Positions 20,194-30,005 of a stretch of DNA of 64,000 bases are shown here, in pieces. A model generated the notes under the pieces. It was not told the DNA's origin and made no database searches. It was given only the letters and a program-made list of their open reading frames with translations. This DNA is from an uncultured delta proteobacterium. GTDB taxonomy: Bacteria; Desulfobacterota; Binatia; UBA9968. The DNA lies in NCBI GenBank assembly GCA_963745835.1, contig CAVUZH010000003.1, forward strand, positions 512,001 through 576,000, read 5' to 3'. Within the stretch, counting starts at the first letter, position 1. Each line of letters begins with the position of its first letter. The translations under genes were made by a program, and so were the position numbers.

Positions 20194-20271
20194 AGACCTA
20201 GCGACATTCCTATTAGGAGTGGTTGCGCTGTTGTCTCAGAGCGGCGATTGATCAGAAGAAAGGAGTAAAAC

Positions 20272-21288
20272 ATGGCAGTCTCACTTAAAAAATTGAACGA
20301 GCAGATCATGGTGATTACCGGCGTGTCGTCCGGGATTGGTTTGGTGACAGCGCGCATGGCGGCCAAGCACGGCGCGCGCTTGGTTCTGTCGGCACGCAGC
20401 GAAGAAGAGTTACGAGAGTTGACGGAAGAGATCAAGGCAAATGGCGGCCAAGCCATAGCGGTCGGAGCCGATGTCGGCGATGCGGAAGATGTCCGGCGGC
20501 TGGCGCAAGCAGCTCAGGAACAGTTCGGCGGGTTCGACACCTGGGTTAACAACGCTGGCGTTTCGATTTACGGCAAGCTGTCGGAAGTTTCCATCGAAGA
20601 TATGCGACGTGTTTTCGAAACCAATTTCTGGGGGCTGGTCTATGGCTCATTGGAAGCAGCGCGACAGTTGAAAGAGCGCGGCGGAGCGATCATCAACATC
20701 GGCAGCACCTTATCGGACCGAGCGATCCCGATGCAGGGGATTTACAGCGCCTCGAAGCATGCGGTTAAAGGGTTTAACGATGCGTTACGCATGGAGCTTG
20801 AAAGCGAAGGCGCGCCAATCTCCGTAAGCTTGATAAAACCGGGCGCTATCGATACGCCCTATACCGAGCATGCGAAAAACAATATGCCGGTGGAGCCTAA
20901 AAATCCGCCGCCGCTGTATGCCCCTGAGACGGTTGCCCGCGCCATTCTGCACTGCGCCGAGACTCCCGAACGCGACGTGTTCGTAGGCGCCGGCGGTAAA
21001 GTCATCTCTCTGTTGGGCCGTTTCGCTCCGCGCATGGCCGACAAAATTATGGAAAGAACCATGATCAAACAACAGCAAAGCAATCGGCCGGCCGGCGCGA
21101 GGCAAGAGAACGGATTGTACAGCTCCTCGGGCGAGCTTAAGGAGCGGGGCGGCTATGTGGGACACGTGGCTGAGAGTAGTCTTTACACCCGGGCTTCGTT
21201 ACACCCTATATTGACTGGATCAGCGCTGGTGGGAGCGGGATTGGCCGTGGCGGCCTTCTTGCGCGCAAAACGTGCCGGCGCCCGATAG
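20272..21288 (+). CDS. SDR family oxidoreductase
   Basis: ITGVSSGIG, WVNNAG, YSASK catalytic YxxxK; AGGAG RBS. Confidence 0.93.
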   Translation: MAVSLKKLNEQIMVITGVSSGIGLVTARMAAKHGARLVLSARSEEELRELTEEIKANGGQAIAVGADVGDAEDVRRLAQAAQEQFGGFDTWVNNAGVSIYGKLSEVSIEDMRRVFETNFWGLVYGSLEAARQLKERGGAIINIGSTLSDRAIPMQGIYSASKHAVKGFNDALRMELESEGAPISVSLIKPGAIDTPYTEHAKNNMPVEPKNPPPLYAPETVARAILHCAETPERDVFVGAGGKVISLLGRFAPRMADKIMERTMIKQQQSNRPAGARQENGLYSSSGELKERGGYVGHVAESSLYTRASLHPILTGSALVGAGLAVAAFLRAKRAGAR

Positions 21289-21416
21289 TGGAAACGGCCG
21301 CGCTTTCAGCTCGAAAATTGAGCAAGGGATGGGTAGGGGATAAGTCTCAGTTACGCCCCACCCGTGGAGCCCAGGAAGTTTCAACCGATGCGTAATCGCT
21401 AAGCTGCTAGATCCAA

Positions 21417-21734
21417 TCAGGCGTCGAGATCTATCAGCAACTCACATAACGACAAAACACCGAACCAGCCATACACCCCGCCGGTTATTCTGTAGGCCTG
21501 AATCGTGAGGTTCTGGCGCTGGTGCCGAAATCTAAAAATGAACAACAGCAAAACGCACGCGAGCGCCTTCCATAAGAGTAAGCCCCAGAATTCGCCCCAG
21601 TGATAGATGGAGGCGCTCACAAGAGGGTTCGCCTCGGGTATGCCAAGCAACAAAACCCGATAGGTTAGAATTCCGTCAAACGCCTGCAGCAAGAGATTGA
21701 CACTGAGATGTGTCCAAACAGTCGGAATGTTCAT
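21417..21734 (-). CDS. Small membrane protein (DUF5658-like)
   Basis: LQAFDGILTY...EANPLV...LLWK pattern, 3 TM. Confidence 0.65.
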   Translation of the reverse strand: MNIPTVWTHLSVNLLLQAFDGILTYRVLLLGIPEANPLVSASIYHWGEFWGLLLWKALACVLLLFIFRFRHQRQNLTIQAYRITGGVYGWFGVLSLCELLIDLDA

Positions 21735-21940
21735 AACGATGCCTCATCAGAGAAGTTGTTCTGGTACTAAGCCAAACAAGCATCATCGGTATTGTCAAGC
21801 GTCAAGCCGCGTCATAATTATTCCATCAATCGATGCCGGCGCTGAAGCAGGGGCAGAGTAGTTGCATTTAGAAGCCATCCCCCATAGTTTGGGGCGATAT
21901 ACAGATTTAAATTCATTCTAAATTGCGAGGTAAACCCCAC

Positions 21941-22504
21941 ATGAAGGTTCGTATGATCGGCTCACTTTCAGCGCTGTTGTTGATTTTGAGCATTTCGCTA
22001 GCCTGGTCCCAGGACGCGATTCCTTTTGTACCGAGCACCATGCCGGTAGTGGAGCGAATGCTTGAGCTGGCGGAGGTTCGGAAAGACGATTTTCTCTATG
22101 ATCTCGGCAGCGGCGATGGCCGTATTTTGATCCAGGCGGCAAAGAAATACGGCACACGCGGCGTCGGCATCGACCTAGACCCGCAACGGGTGGCCGAGGC
22201 CAGACAAAAGGCCAAGGAAGAAGGAGTGAGCCATCTAGTTGAGTTTCGTGCCGAGGATGGTACTCAGACCGATATTTCGAAAGCCACCGTAGTGACGCTG
22301 TACATGTTCAAATGGTTCAATAATGCGATCAAACCTAAGCTGCAGAAGTTACAACCGGGATCACGCATCGTCGCTCATGATTACGACATCGATGATTGGA
22401 AACCGACAACGGTTTTACAACTGGAACCGACGAAAGACCCCGGGATTGAAAGACATCACACCCTCTACCTGTGGAAAGTCGGCATCGAATCGGCGCAGCG
22501 ATAA
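21941..22504 (+). CDS. Class I SAM-dependent methyltransferase with probable signal peptide (paralog of 6443-7093)
   Basis: IPFVPST, LYDLGSGDGRI, GVGIDLD, ATVVTLYM; signal LLLILSISLAWS-QD. Confidence 0.88.
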   Translation: MKVRMIGSLSALLLILSISLAWSQDAIPFVPSTMPVVERMLELAEVRKDDFLYDLGSGDGRILIQAAKKYGTRGVGIDLDPQRVAEARQKAKEEGVSHLVEFRAEDGTQTDISKATVVTLYMFKWFNNAIKPKLQKLQPGSRIVAHDYDIDDWKPTTVLQLEPTKDPGIERHHTLYLWKVGIESAQR

Positions 22505-22912
22505 CCCAATAATGTTCAACGGTTAAGACTTTAAAGCTCAACATCTGCCCGCATCGGATTTAGGGTTTCGATCGAGCGCGGAATATTCCGCCGTGTTAAA
22601 TCTCCCGGTATGGTCGCCGGATTATTCAAAAGTTCGTAAGGTTGTTTTCGACTTTGGACGAGGCGCTTTTTGGGGCCAGCGGCAGCGCATATGATGCTCT
22701 CGTTCGAGGGCGAGCAATCTTCAGCATCGGTCGTAGAACATTTGAACTTTTGAACGATGAGCTTTAAGGAGTTTTCCGGGTGACTCCCCAACTACAGAAG
22801 AAGACGTCAAGGCCGCGGTAGCAGGAGAGATTTCCCATCCCCACGCAACTGCGTCGCCAGGTATCCCGGCGTAAGTTCTCGGAAGTCCGCGCCATCCAGG
22901 CGCTCGTTTATC

Positions 22913-23070
22913 GGCCGAACAATGTCTGCCTTTCACATGAGCAACGTTGTCATGATTCTAGGAAGCATGCTGATCGGCGCCCTTGCGACCCTGTCAGAAC
23001 CCGCGCGGCCGGAGCTTTGGCCATGCTGGCGATCCATCTAGGATTGCTCCGCACGCGGCATATCCGCTAG
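22913..23070 (+). pseudogene. 3' relic of an MFS transporter gene
   Basis: Reads GRTMSAFHMSNVVMILGSMLIGALAT, then after a frameshift GALAMLAIHLGLLRTRHIR-stop; looks like the last two MFS helices, with no upstream part. Confidence 0.45.
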
Positions 23071-23323
23071 CTCCAGTTTCTATCTTTGTGGCTCTGAGTT
23101 CGGCTCCATGGCGGTCCATGGCGCCATGCTGTCGGAGAAAATTGACGGCAAAAGTGAATTATCCGCAGCCTCGGTTAGCCCTGGCTTGGTGGGGTATTCT
23201 ACTGCTCAGCAAAATTATGTGAGGCAAAGACGATTTTTGAGCTGGTAACTTGATCGGGGTGAGGTGTTTTCCTATCTAACCCGGGATAAAACGCGGTGAT
23301 GCCGGCAGCTTGCAAACCTCTCG

Positions 23324-23716
23324 CTATTTCGCCCCTACCCAACCGACCGTGGAGATGTCGATCACCTGTTCGTCCGGACCGACGCATTTGATTTCATAAT
23401 AGGACTGCCTCTCTGCGGCATCTTTCGGGCTAACTTCGATTTGTTCAGTTAATCTTGTTCCATGCAACGATTCGACCTGGGCTAAAGCGGTATCAAGATC
23501 TTCGACTTGGAAACCGACATGATCGACGCCCAGTCTTAAAGGCTCGCCATCTTTGCCCTGCTGGTATTTAAGGATTGCGATATTAAGATGGCCATCGGTT
23601 AAATAGACGCCATTTTTCCCCATTCCCACCTGAGTAAGACCGAACGCATCCTTGTAGAAAGCGGCGGTTTGATCGACATTGCGAGTCCGTATAGCAATAT
23701 GCTTGATCTGAGCCAT
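23324..23716 (-). CDS. VOC family protein
   Basis: IKHIAIRT, FYKDAFGL, LTDGHLNIAIL, DHVGFQVED; GGAGGAG RBS. Confidence 0.88.
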   Translation of the reverse strand: MAQIKHIAIRTRNVDQTAAFYKDAFGLTQVGMGKNGVYLTDGHLNIAILKYQQGKDGEPLRLGVDHVGFQVEDLDTALAQVESLHGTRLTEQIEVSPKDAAERQSYYEIKCVGPDEQVIDISTVGWVGAK

Positions 23717-23850
23717 CGCTTCACTCCTCCGTCTTCAAACCATGAGGCCTGTTGCCGTTTAGTAACGCAGCAGCACTGTTATCGCGCTCTACCTAAACTT
23801 ACTACAGCGCAAGTCTCAAAGCGTCATGCAGTACTCGAACTGCCTTCAAA

Positions 23851-25185
23851 TCACGAGGGAATAAATATCTTTTGCCCGATGAATAAAAAATTGGGATTTT
23901 TCATCGTCGCCTTATTCGCCTCAAAGATTTTGTTCCACCTGTAGTGATCTCCGTAAAAACGCTGTGCCAGGTGGCTGAGAGTGTCTCCGGGAACCACGGT
24001 GTATTCTTGCGAACCCTCACTGGGAGCATCTACGGCAAGGCTTGGCTTTGCCGGGGCGGCCTTTGCTGGAGGCGGCGCGGCTTTCGGCTGCAGTGCCGCT
24101 TTGGCGCTGGCAGCGGCCGGTGCCGCGGCAGGGGGCTCCTGACGCTTGGCGACCACCGGCTGGGTTTTATACAGCCGGTCTATATAGCCCGAGCTATCGA
24201 GCTCTTTGATGAACGTCAGATCGACAAATTCCTCCGGCCGCGCTGTTTTGGCTTTTGCATCTCTCCCTGCCAGTTCGCGCAGCATAATGTCGATGCCCCG
24301 TAGGGTTGGATAAGGTTTCTGCGGGGTGAGCGTCAGGCCTAAGTCGGTATAAACTTCGTTCAGCAGTTCCGAGTCATTGGTCTTTAAGTATTTTGCTAAA
24401 ATAGCAATCGATTCAGGGCGATTGGTTTTGTAGTAGTGAATTCCTTCCACGTAAGCTTTCATCACATTACGAACGATGTCAGGGCGGGATTTGATCAGAG
24501 CCTGGGTCGTCACCAAGCCGGTATGTTGATATTCCAGACCGAGCATTTGGAGATCGGCGAGAGCATGGAAGCCGAGGGCTTTGGCTCTGACGGTTAAGGG
24601 CACGGCGATCATCGCCGCCTGGATTTTGCCGGATTCGAGCGCGGCGAATCGCGCCGGCTGAGATCCAATTTCCAGGATCGGAACATCTTTTTCCGGCACC
24701 AGGCCGAATTTCTCGAGCGCATAACGGGTGGCGAAATCCGAGGAAGAACCAAACCGGCTTACCGCCATGGTTTTTCCTTTGAGTTGTTCGGGTCTGGTGA
24801 TATTTTTTTCAACCATGAGTTGATAATCCAGAGTGTTCAGAAAACCGGCTATCATGACCACGTCGGATCCTCTGAGGCGACTCTGCAGCACGCCGGCTCC
24901 GGCCATCTGGGCGAATGCCACGTCTTTATTGCTCAAGCTCTGCACTGCGGTGCTGCCACTTTCGATGAAGACGATTTGCACGTCGAGCCCATTTTTGCGA
25001 AAGAAGCCGCGCTCGTGGGTTATCCATAAAGGCGCCATGTTCCCTGAGACAGAGCTGTATGCGATCGTCAGCTTCTCGAGCGATCGCTCCGGCGTGTCGG
25101 CGCTGTATGCGCCCGCAGGTAAGAACAGCGCGACGATAACGACAATCAGCAATCGTAGCGGGCTATATTGTTTCGAGTGATGCAT
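23851..25185 (-). CDS. NMT1/SsuA-like substrate-binding protein fused to a C-terminal LysM domain
   Basis: SBP motifs (LWITHERGFFRKNGLDV, LKGKTMAVSRFGSSSDF), Ala/Pro linker, LysM YTVVPGDTLSHLAQRFYGD...NPNFLFIGQKIFIP. Confidence 0.9.
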   Translation of the reverse strand: MHHSKQYSPLRLLIVVIVALFLPAGAYSADTPERSLEKLTIAYSSVSGNMAPLWITHERGFFRKNGLDVQIVFIESGSTAVQSLSNKDVAFAQMAGAGVLQSRLRGSDVVMIAGFLNTLDYQLMVEKNITRPEQLKGKTMAVSRFGSSSDFATRYALEKFGLVPEKDVPILEIGSQPARFAALESGKIQAAMIAVPLTVRAKALGFHALADLQMLGLEYQHTGLVTTQALIKSRPDIVRNVMKAYVEGIHYYKTNRPESIAILAKYLKTNDSELLNEVYTDLGLTLTPQKPYPTLRGIDIMLRELAGRDAKAKTARPEEFVDLTFIKELDSSGYIDRLYKTQPVVAKRQEPPAAAPAAASAKAALQPKAAPPPAKAAPAKPSLAVDAPSEGSQEYTVVPGDTLSHLAQRFYGDHYRWNKIFEANKATMKNPNFLFIGQKIFIPS

Positions 25186-25214
25186 ATTCATCCTCCCATT
25201 GGAGTTTGAGAAAA

Positions 25215-25961
25215 TCATGTGGTTTCTCGGTTCAAGCGCAGCATCGCGGCTCTCAGGCTCGAGCGCATCCGTTCAAGAGAACGCGCCAATTCACCGATTT
25301 CGTCGCGCGAGACGACACAGTTGCCGATCGACATTTCGAGGTCGCCTTTGGTTACCTTATCGGCCACTTCAGTTAGACCGATGATCGGTCGAACAATCCA
25401 GTTGGCGATAACAAAAGAGAGCGCCGCGCCGACAATCGGAACGAGCGCAATGACGCCGATCATAGGCCAGATAAAGCTTTGTACTTCCTTGTCCACCGCG
25501 TCGCTCCAGAACCCCACATGGGCAGTTCCCGCTTGTCCGTCGAGAACTGGAACGCTTGTCTCATAGACAGTTTTTTCCTGTAGCGACAAAGTCCGGCGCT
25601 GTGCTTCACGTGGACTTCCGGCGCTAGCTCCTTGGCGCAGTTGCTGCGGAAAAGAACCCAGCGTTTGGGCAATGACTTCGCCGCGCGCATCATTGATGTA
25701 AACGTAGGCCACTCCTTCAAAAAGAGTGTATTTCGCAGCCAACGCATGAAGCGCGAGCTGATTCTTACTGACTATATGACCGGCAGCGGCATCGCTGAAA
25801 TTGGTCGCGATGGCGAGAGCGCGCTTGTCGAGTTGCTCTCGCATCGCTGTTCTCGTTAGCTGATAGAGTGCCGCTATCAAAAGGAGTCCCAAGATAAGCA
25901 TGACCGCCGTATAAACTCCGCCGATCTTCCATTTCAAGCTGACGCCTGATTCTGCAGCCAT
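25215..25961 (-). CDS. Two-TM HAMP-domain membrane protein without output domain
   Basis: TM1, ~130-aa extracytoplasmic domain, TM2, HAMP (IVRPIIGLTEVADKVTKGDL...RDEIGELARSLERMR), then stop; no kinase, cyclase or MCP domain. Confidence 0.85.
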   Translation of the reverse strand: MAAESGVSLKWKIGGVYTAVMLILGLLLIAALYQLTRTAMREQLDKRALAIATNFSDAAAGHIVSKNQLALHALAAKYTLFEGVAYVYINDARGEVIAQTLGSFPQQLRQGASAGSPREAQRRTLSLQEKTVYETSVPVLDGQAGTAHVGFWSDAVDKEVQSFIWPMIGVIALVPIVGAALSFVIANWIVRPIIGLTEVADKVTKGDLEMSIGNCVVSRDEIGELARSLERMRSSLRAAMLRLNRETT

Positions 25962-26001
25962 AAATTCATCTTCTCCTTTAGGTAAACCGAATGCCCTCTA
26001 G

Positions 26002-27270
26002 CTAAAAAGCTCGTATCGTTTGAAGCGCGCTGACCGCCTGCTCCATCTTATCCAAAAAACGAGCTCTCATGGTGTCGTTGAAAATCTCACGGCTGACTCG
26101 CTCGATAAGCTCAGCAAGCTTCTTTTGCGGAAAGCTATCGCGAGACTCGCCGAGATCGGCAATCTGATCATCAATGATCAGCTTTGCCATGGGTCCTATA
26201 CCCTCGGTAGCTGCTCGAGCCATGAAGTCGAAAAACTGCGATGCTACGGTGCGTTCATTGATAGCGCTCACCGGTGCCACCACATGGTTCGACCGTCGGT
26301 TGATGAAATTATCCAGTGATTCAGCGGCTTGCTGGGTCGCTTGAGAAGTGTGCGCGCCGAATTCCCACGCCGAAACTCTGGCAACGCCATTATTAGATGC
26401 GCCGTTTGTTCGACCATCGGCTGGCCGGTCCAACATAAGCTTTGCCGCTACCTTGACAATTACGTAAGCGGAAACTCTCTTCCGCCCGGCTCTCGATGCC
26501 ATGGTTAGCGCGTTGTCGCATAGCGTGTTGATTAAACGGGGCGTTCCTGAGGAATAAGACCAAATGGCCTCAAGCGCTTTTTGATTAAAGATTTCCGGAC
26601 CTTCGTAGCCGGCGGCGCGGAGGCGATGGCGAATGTAATGCTCCACTTCACTGGCTAACGATAATGCGCGGGTTTGGTAATGGATTGCAATTCTTTGTTT
26701 GATTCTTTGCAGCGCCGGCTTGCATAATTTGACGATCAGTTCAGGTTGTCCCACCAGGACGATTTGAAGCAGTTTCTCCTGCTCTGTTTCTAAATTCGAA
26801 AGATCGCACAGGCTTTCCAGTGCCCCGTCAGTTACCTTTTGCGCTTCATCGATTAGGAGGGCGACGGTTTTTGCTTCTCTATTCTGCTGCAGCAAATAAT
26901 CCTTGAGCGCCTGCTCTACCTCGAACGGCGTCTTACCTTGAGTCGGGAGACCCAGATCCTCGACGATTAATTCGATCAATCCATCGCTGGTAACATGACT
27001 TGTGGAAACAAAGACAAACCGAGTAGTTGCTTCAAGGTGGCGCATCAGTTTGCGCAAGAGGATGGTCTTCCCGGTTCCGACTTCACCGGTGACGACCAAT
27101 AATCCTTTTTTTGCCTTAATACCGTCTCCGAGAACTTCTAGTGCTTCGGTGTAATGATAGTTTCGGAAGAAGAAGCGCGGGTCTGGAGCGACGCCAAAAG
27201 GCATGTCGTGGAATCCAAAGTGAGTCTCTACCAAAGTTTTATTGTCGCCCGAGCTAAAAGGTTCGACCAT
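26002..27270 (-). CDS. ExeA/GspA-like AAA+ ATPase with extra C-terminal helical domain
   Basis: FGFHDMPFGVAPDPRFFF, Walker A GEVGTGKT, Walker B LLIDEAQ, LQIVLVGQPEL, SGTPRLINTLCD; C-terminal IGPMAKLII domain; no TM segment. Confidence 0.88.
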   Translation of the reverse strand: MVEPFSSGDNKTLVETHFGFHDMPFGVAPDPRFFFRNYHYTEALEVLGDGIKAKKGLLVVTGEVGTGKTILLRKLMRHLEATTRFVFVSTSHVTSDGLIELIVEDLGLPTQGKTPFEVEQALKDYLLQQNREAKTVALLIDEAQKVTDGALESLCDLSNLETEQEKLLQIVLVGQPELIVKLCKPALQRIKQRIAIHYQTRALSLASEVEHYIRHRLRAAGYEGPEIFNQKALEAIWSYSSGTPRLINTLCDNALTMASRAGRKRVSAYVIVKVAAKLMLDRPADGRTNGASNNGVARVSAWEFGAHTSQATQQAAESLDNFINRRSNHVVAPVSAINERTVASQFFDFMARAATEGIGPMAKLIIDDQIADLGESRDSFPQKKLAELIERVSREIFNDTMRARFLDKMEQAVSALQTIRAF

Positions 27271-27458
27271 TCATTTCCCCCGTCTAGTCAACCCTGTTGA
27301 ATCAGATGAAGTTAAACCGGCTGATGCCCGAAAACCGGCACCCGTGATTAACTATGATAGTCGTACGAGCTGAAGTTTGCGAACGGTGACGCGAGCAGCA
27401 ATTCATAGTAGATTTTCATTTTATTTGTCAAGAACGAGTCCTTCAGCTATTCCCTGGT

Positions 27459-28703
27459 TCAGGCAAGCTCTTCAACCAGAGCCGGCGCTTCTGGTTGCGG
27501 TTCTCTTATAGCAAGAACGACAAGGTTCGCTAAGAGGACTGTGCCTGCTAGGAAGTAGAACGCGGTGAGAATGCCCCATCGGTCGGCGATAAATCCGCAG
27601 ATGAGCGGGGAGAGCGAACTTAGCAACGACTGTGAACCGGAAAAAAAACTGACCATGCTCCCTCCCAGCTCCTTGGGGCTGAGATCGAGTACCCAAGCCC
27701 AGATGACAGGCCGGACCGCATATAGGAAGAAACCAAGAGTCGCCAGACCTGTGATGAATAGCCAAGTCATTTGGAAGTAAGCCAAAACAAAGAGCACGAT
27801 GCTGGTTGAAAACAATCCGGCGGTGAGGACCCGTTTTCTTCCACTGCGATCCGAGATACCCCCGGCGATGGGCGTGCCTATCATGCCGGCCGTTTGAGTG
27901 ATGGAGAGATAGAGTCCTGCCATTGCGCTCGACAAGCCGAGGTCGTGCGTTAGATAGATGGGCAAGAAAGTATGCAATCCCTGCTGGGTCATGGAGCGCA
28001 TGCCGGCCACAAGTACCAGCAGCAGGATGCTGGGGTTCTGCGCCATTTTTCTCATGCCGGCCAGATACTCTTTCAACGGCAGAGCTTTCTTGGCCTGCGC
28101 GCGCGTCTGAAGCCGGCCGAAGAGAAATTTCCAAAGAATCAAAGCGATGACGATGCCTGGAATGAGATTTACGAAGAGAACCGAGCGCCAGGATAAAGTC
28201 AGGAGCAGCAGGCCGACGAGTAGCGGCGCGATACTCTCCCCGATGTTAGGGCCAATGGCGTGGATCGCGATGGCAAAGCCCCGTTTGCTGGGATATCTCT
28301 CGGAAATTGTGGAAATCGCCGCCGGATGCCAGAGATAGTTGCCCACGCCGACAAAAGCCATGAAGACCGCTACCCAGAAAAAGCTATGACTTAAGCCAAC
28401 TAAGAAATAAGGGACGCCGGTAGCAAGCAGCGCCAGTCCCATCAGCAAAGCTTTGCGACCGATAATATCGACGAGTATCCCTGCCGGAACATTGACGAGC
28501 AGGTTGGCGACTGCGCGGATGGTGACAAGAAAACCGGCTTGGCTATAGGTCAATCCTAACTCTTGAACCAGATACGGCAGGAGCAGATAAAAGGTCGCCG
28601 GACACCAGTGCGTAAAGGTGTGACCTAGAGCAACCAGCCATAAAAGCGAATCAGTCTGTCTGATCTGATGTATCTGATCGGTTAGTTTAGTCCGTAGCGA
28701 CAT
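27459..28703 (-). CDS. MFS transporter (FSR-like)
   Basis: GHTFTH, LVDIIGRK, WHPAAISTIS, GGISDRSGRKR; about 12 TM. Confidence 0.9.
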   Translation of the reverse strand: MSLRTKLTDQIHQIRQTDSLLWLVALGHTFTHWCPATFYLLLPYLVQELGLTYSQAGFLVTIRAVANLLVNVPAGILVDIIGRKALLMGLALLATGVPYFLVGLSHSFFWVAVFMAFVGVGNYLWHPAAISTISERYPSKRGFAIAIHAIGPNIGESIAPLLVGLLLLTLSWRSVLFVNLIPGIVIALILWKFLFGRLQTRAQAKKALPLKEYLAGMRKMAQNPSILLLVLVAGMRSMTQQGLHTFLPIYLTHDLGLSSAMAGLYLSITQTAGMIGTPIAGGISDRSGRKRVLTAGLFSTSIVLFVLAYFQMTWLFITGLATLGFFLYAVRPVIWAWVLDLSPKELGGSMVSFFSGSQSLLSSLSPLICGFIADRWGILTAFYFLAGTVLLANLVVLAIREPQPEAPALVEELA

Positions 28704-28982
28704 CTTTGTCCGTTAATCGCGGCGCCAGCAACCCTACTCTCTTAGACCGCCATCACGATAAATACAAACAATTTTATAGACCACTAGATGCAGTCTGTGA
28801 AATTCGAAGAATCGCTCGTGCTGTTTGCTAGCCCGCAGGTCTAATAGTGACCCCGAATGTAAGAGATAGAACTAATGTGCTGCTGTTGCTTGTTGATAAA
28901 CGAGGCGGCTGATGCCGAAGCAGGAGAGGCGGGCTCAAGGGCGGAACGCACGACAGCGCGCCGCCCCTTTTATAGAAAGATG

Positions 28983-29369
28983 TCAGGTATTGAAATCGGC
29001 TTGAACCTGCTGGCGAATATCTTTACGTGTCTCGTAGCTGATGATCTGAATTTTTTCGGCCGGTCCCGAGCGATTACCCATCATGATCATCGGCTTGGAG
29101 CCGGCGTTCTCCAGCTGATAGAACGATCCTCCCGTGATCAGCGCCGCCTGCCCTGGCTTCAGAAGCACTTGGCCGCCATCGGGAAAACGCATGGTGCATT
29201 CGCCCTCAATCACGTAAAAAGTTTGATCGGCATTGTGACAATGCATTTCATCTTTCTGTCCCGGCTTATAATAATGCATCCAGGCGTGAAACCGCGGCGT
29301 GTTGAAAATGTTCTTGCGCCGCTTTTGTTGATGGGCCAGATCCACCAGATCGATAACGTCAACGCTCAT
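28983..29369 (-). CDS. Cupin domain protein
   Basis: MHCHNADQTFYVIEGE...LKPGQAALITGG; GAGGAGG RBS before ATG at 29369. Confidence 0.82.
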   Translation of the reverse strand: MSVDVIDLVDLAHQQKRRKNIFNTPRFHAWMHYYKPGQKDEMHCHNADQTFYVIEGECTMRFPDGGQVLLKPGQAALITGGSFYQLENAGSKPMIMMGNRSGPAEKIQIISYETRKDIRQQVQADFNT

Positions 29370-29418
29370 AAAAACCTCCTCGCTTGTTATATTTCGCAAG
29401 AGCGACCGCCTAAAAGAT

Positions 29419-29799
29419 TTATAGCACGGCCACCACCTCGATTTGAAACAACACATTGCCGCGCAACTCGACTTTGAGCGCGTGTCGGGCGGGTCGGTCG
29501 TGTTCATCGGGAAACATCTCGAGCCATGCGTTATTGACGGCGTCACGGAACTTTTCCTCTTTTAAATAAACTTTCATATGCGCGATATTATCGGTCGTGC
29601 CACCGGCCGTCTCCATGAATAATTTGAGATTACGAAACATGGCGTAGGCTTGTTCCACCGGATCATCGGAAAGCACGCCGGTTTTGGCGTCCTTTCCGGA
29701 AATTGCCGATGAGAAAATCAGATTGCCGATCACCACGCCGTTAGGGATCGGCGCGCCGTGCTCCATACCTTCGATGTGAATGCTTTTGCGCTTTGCCAT
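29419..29799 (-). CDS. RidA/YjgF family protein
   Basis: IFSSAISG, QAYAMFRNL, VNNAWLEMFP...RPARHA, FQIEVVA. Confidence 0.88.
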   Translation of the reverse strand: MAKRKSIHIEGMEHGAPIPNGVVIGNLIFSSAISGKDAKTGVLSDDPVEQAYAMFRNLKLFMETAGGTTDNIAHMKVYLKEEKFRDAVNNAWLEMFPDEHDRPARHALKVELRGNVLFQIEVVAVL

Positions 29800-30005
29800 G
29801 AGAGATGCCTCCTTCGCTCGATAGGTAGCTGTCTCATAGCACGCTGTCGGATGACGGTCTATGGGTTCGGCGGGTCAGCACCGTTCGCCGATGTTTCGTG
29901 AAATAAACCTGTGTGAAATGAACCTGTATGGAGTTGTAACGGAATGACCTTATGCCGAGAAACGCCGGCCGTTCAATGACTCCCGCAGTGACATCCTGTC
30001 ACCGA

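Noticed and set aside
26002-27270. Type II secretion or MSHA pilus locus
   Set aside because: Only the ExeA-like ATPase is present; no secretin, pilin, GspE/F or ExeB genes nearby.
27401-27432. Sigma-70 promoter or Fur box upstream of the ExeA-like operon (TTGACA...TACTAT on the minus strand)
   Set aside because: Spacer is 15 or 18 bp depending on the -10 chosen, and the Fur-box match is weak; not enough support.
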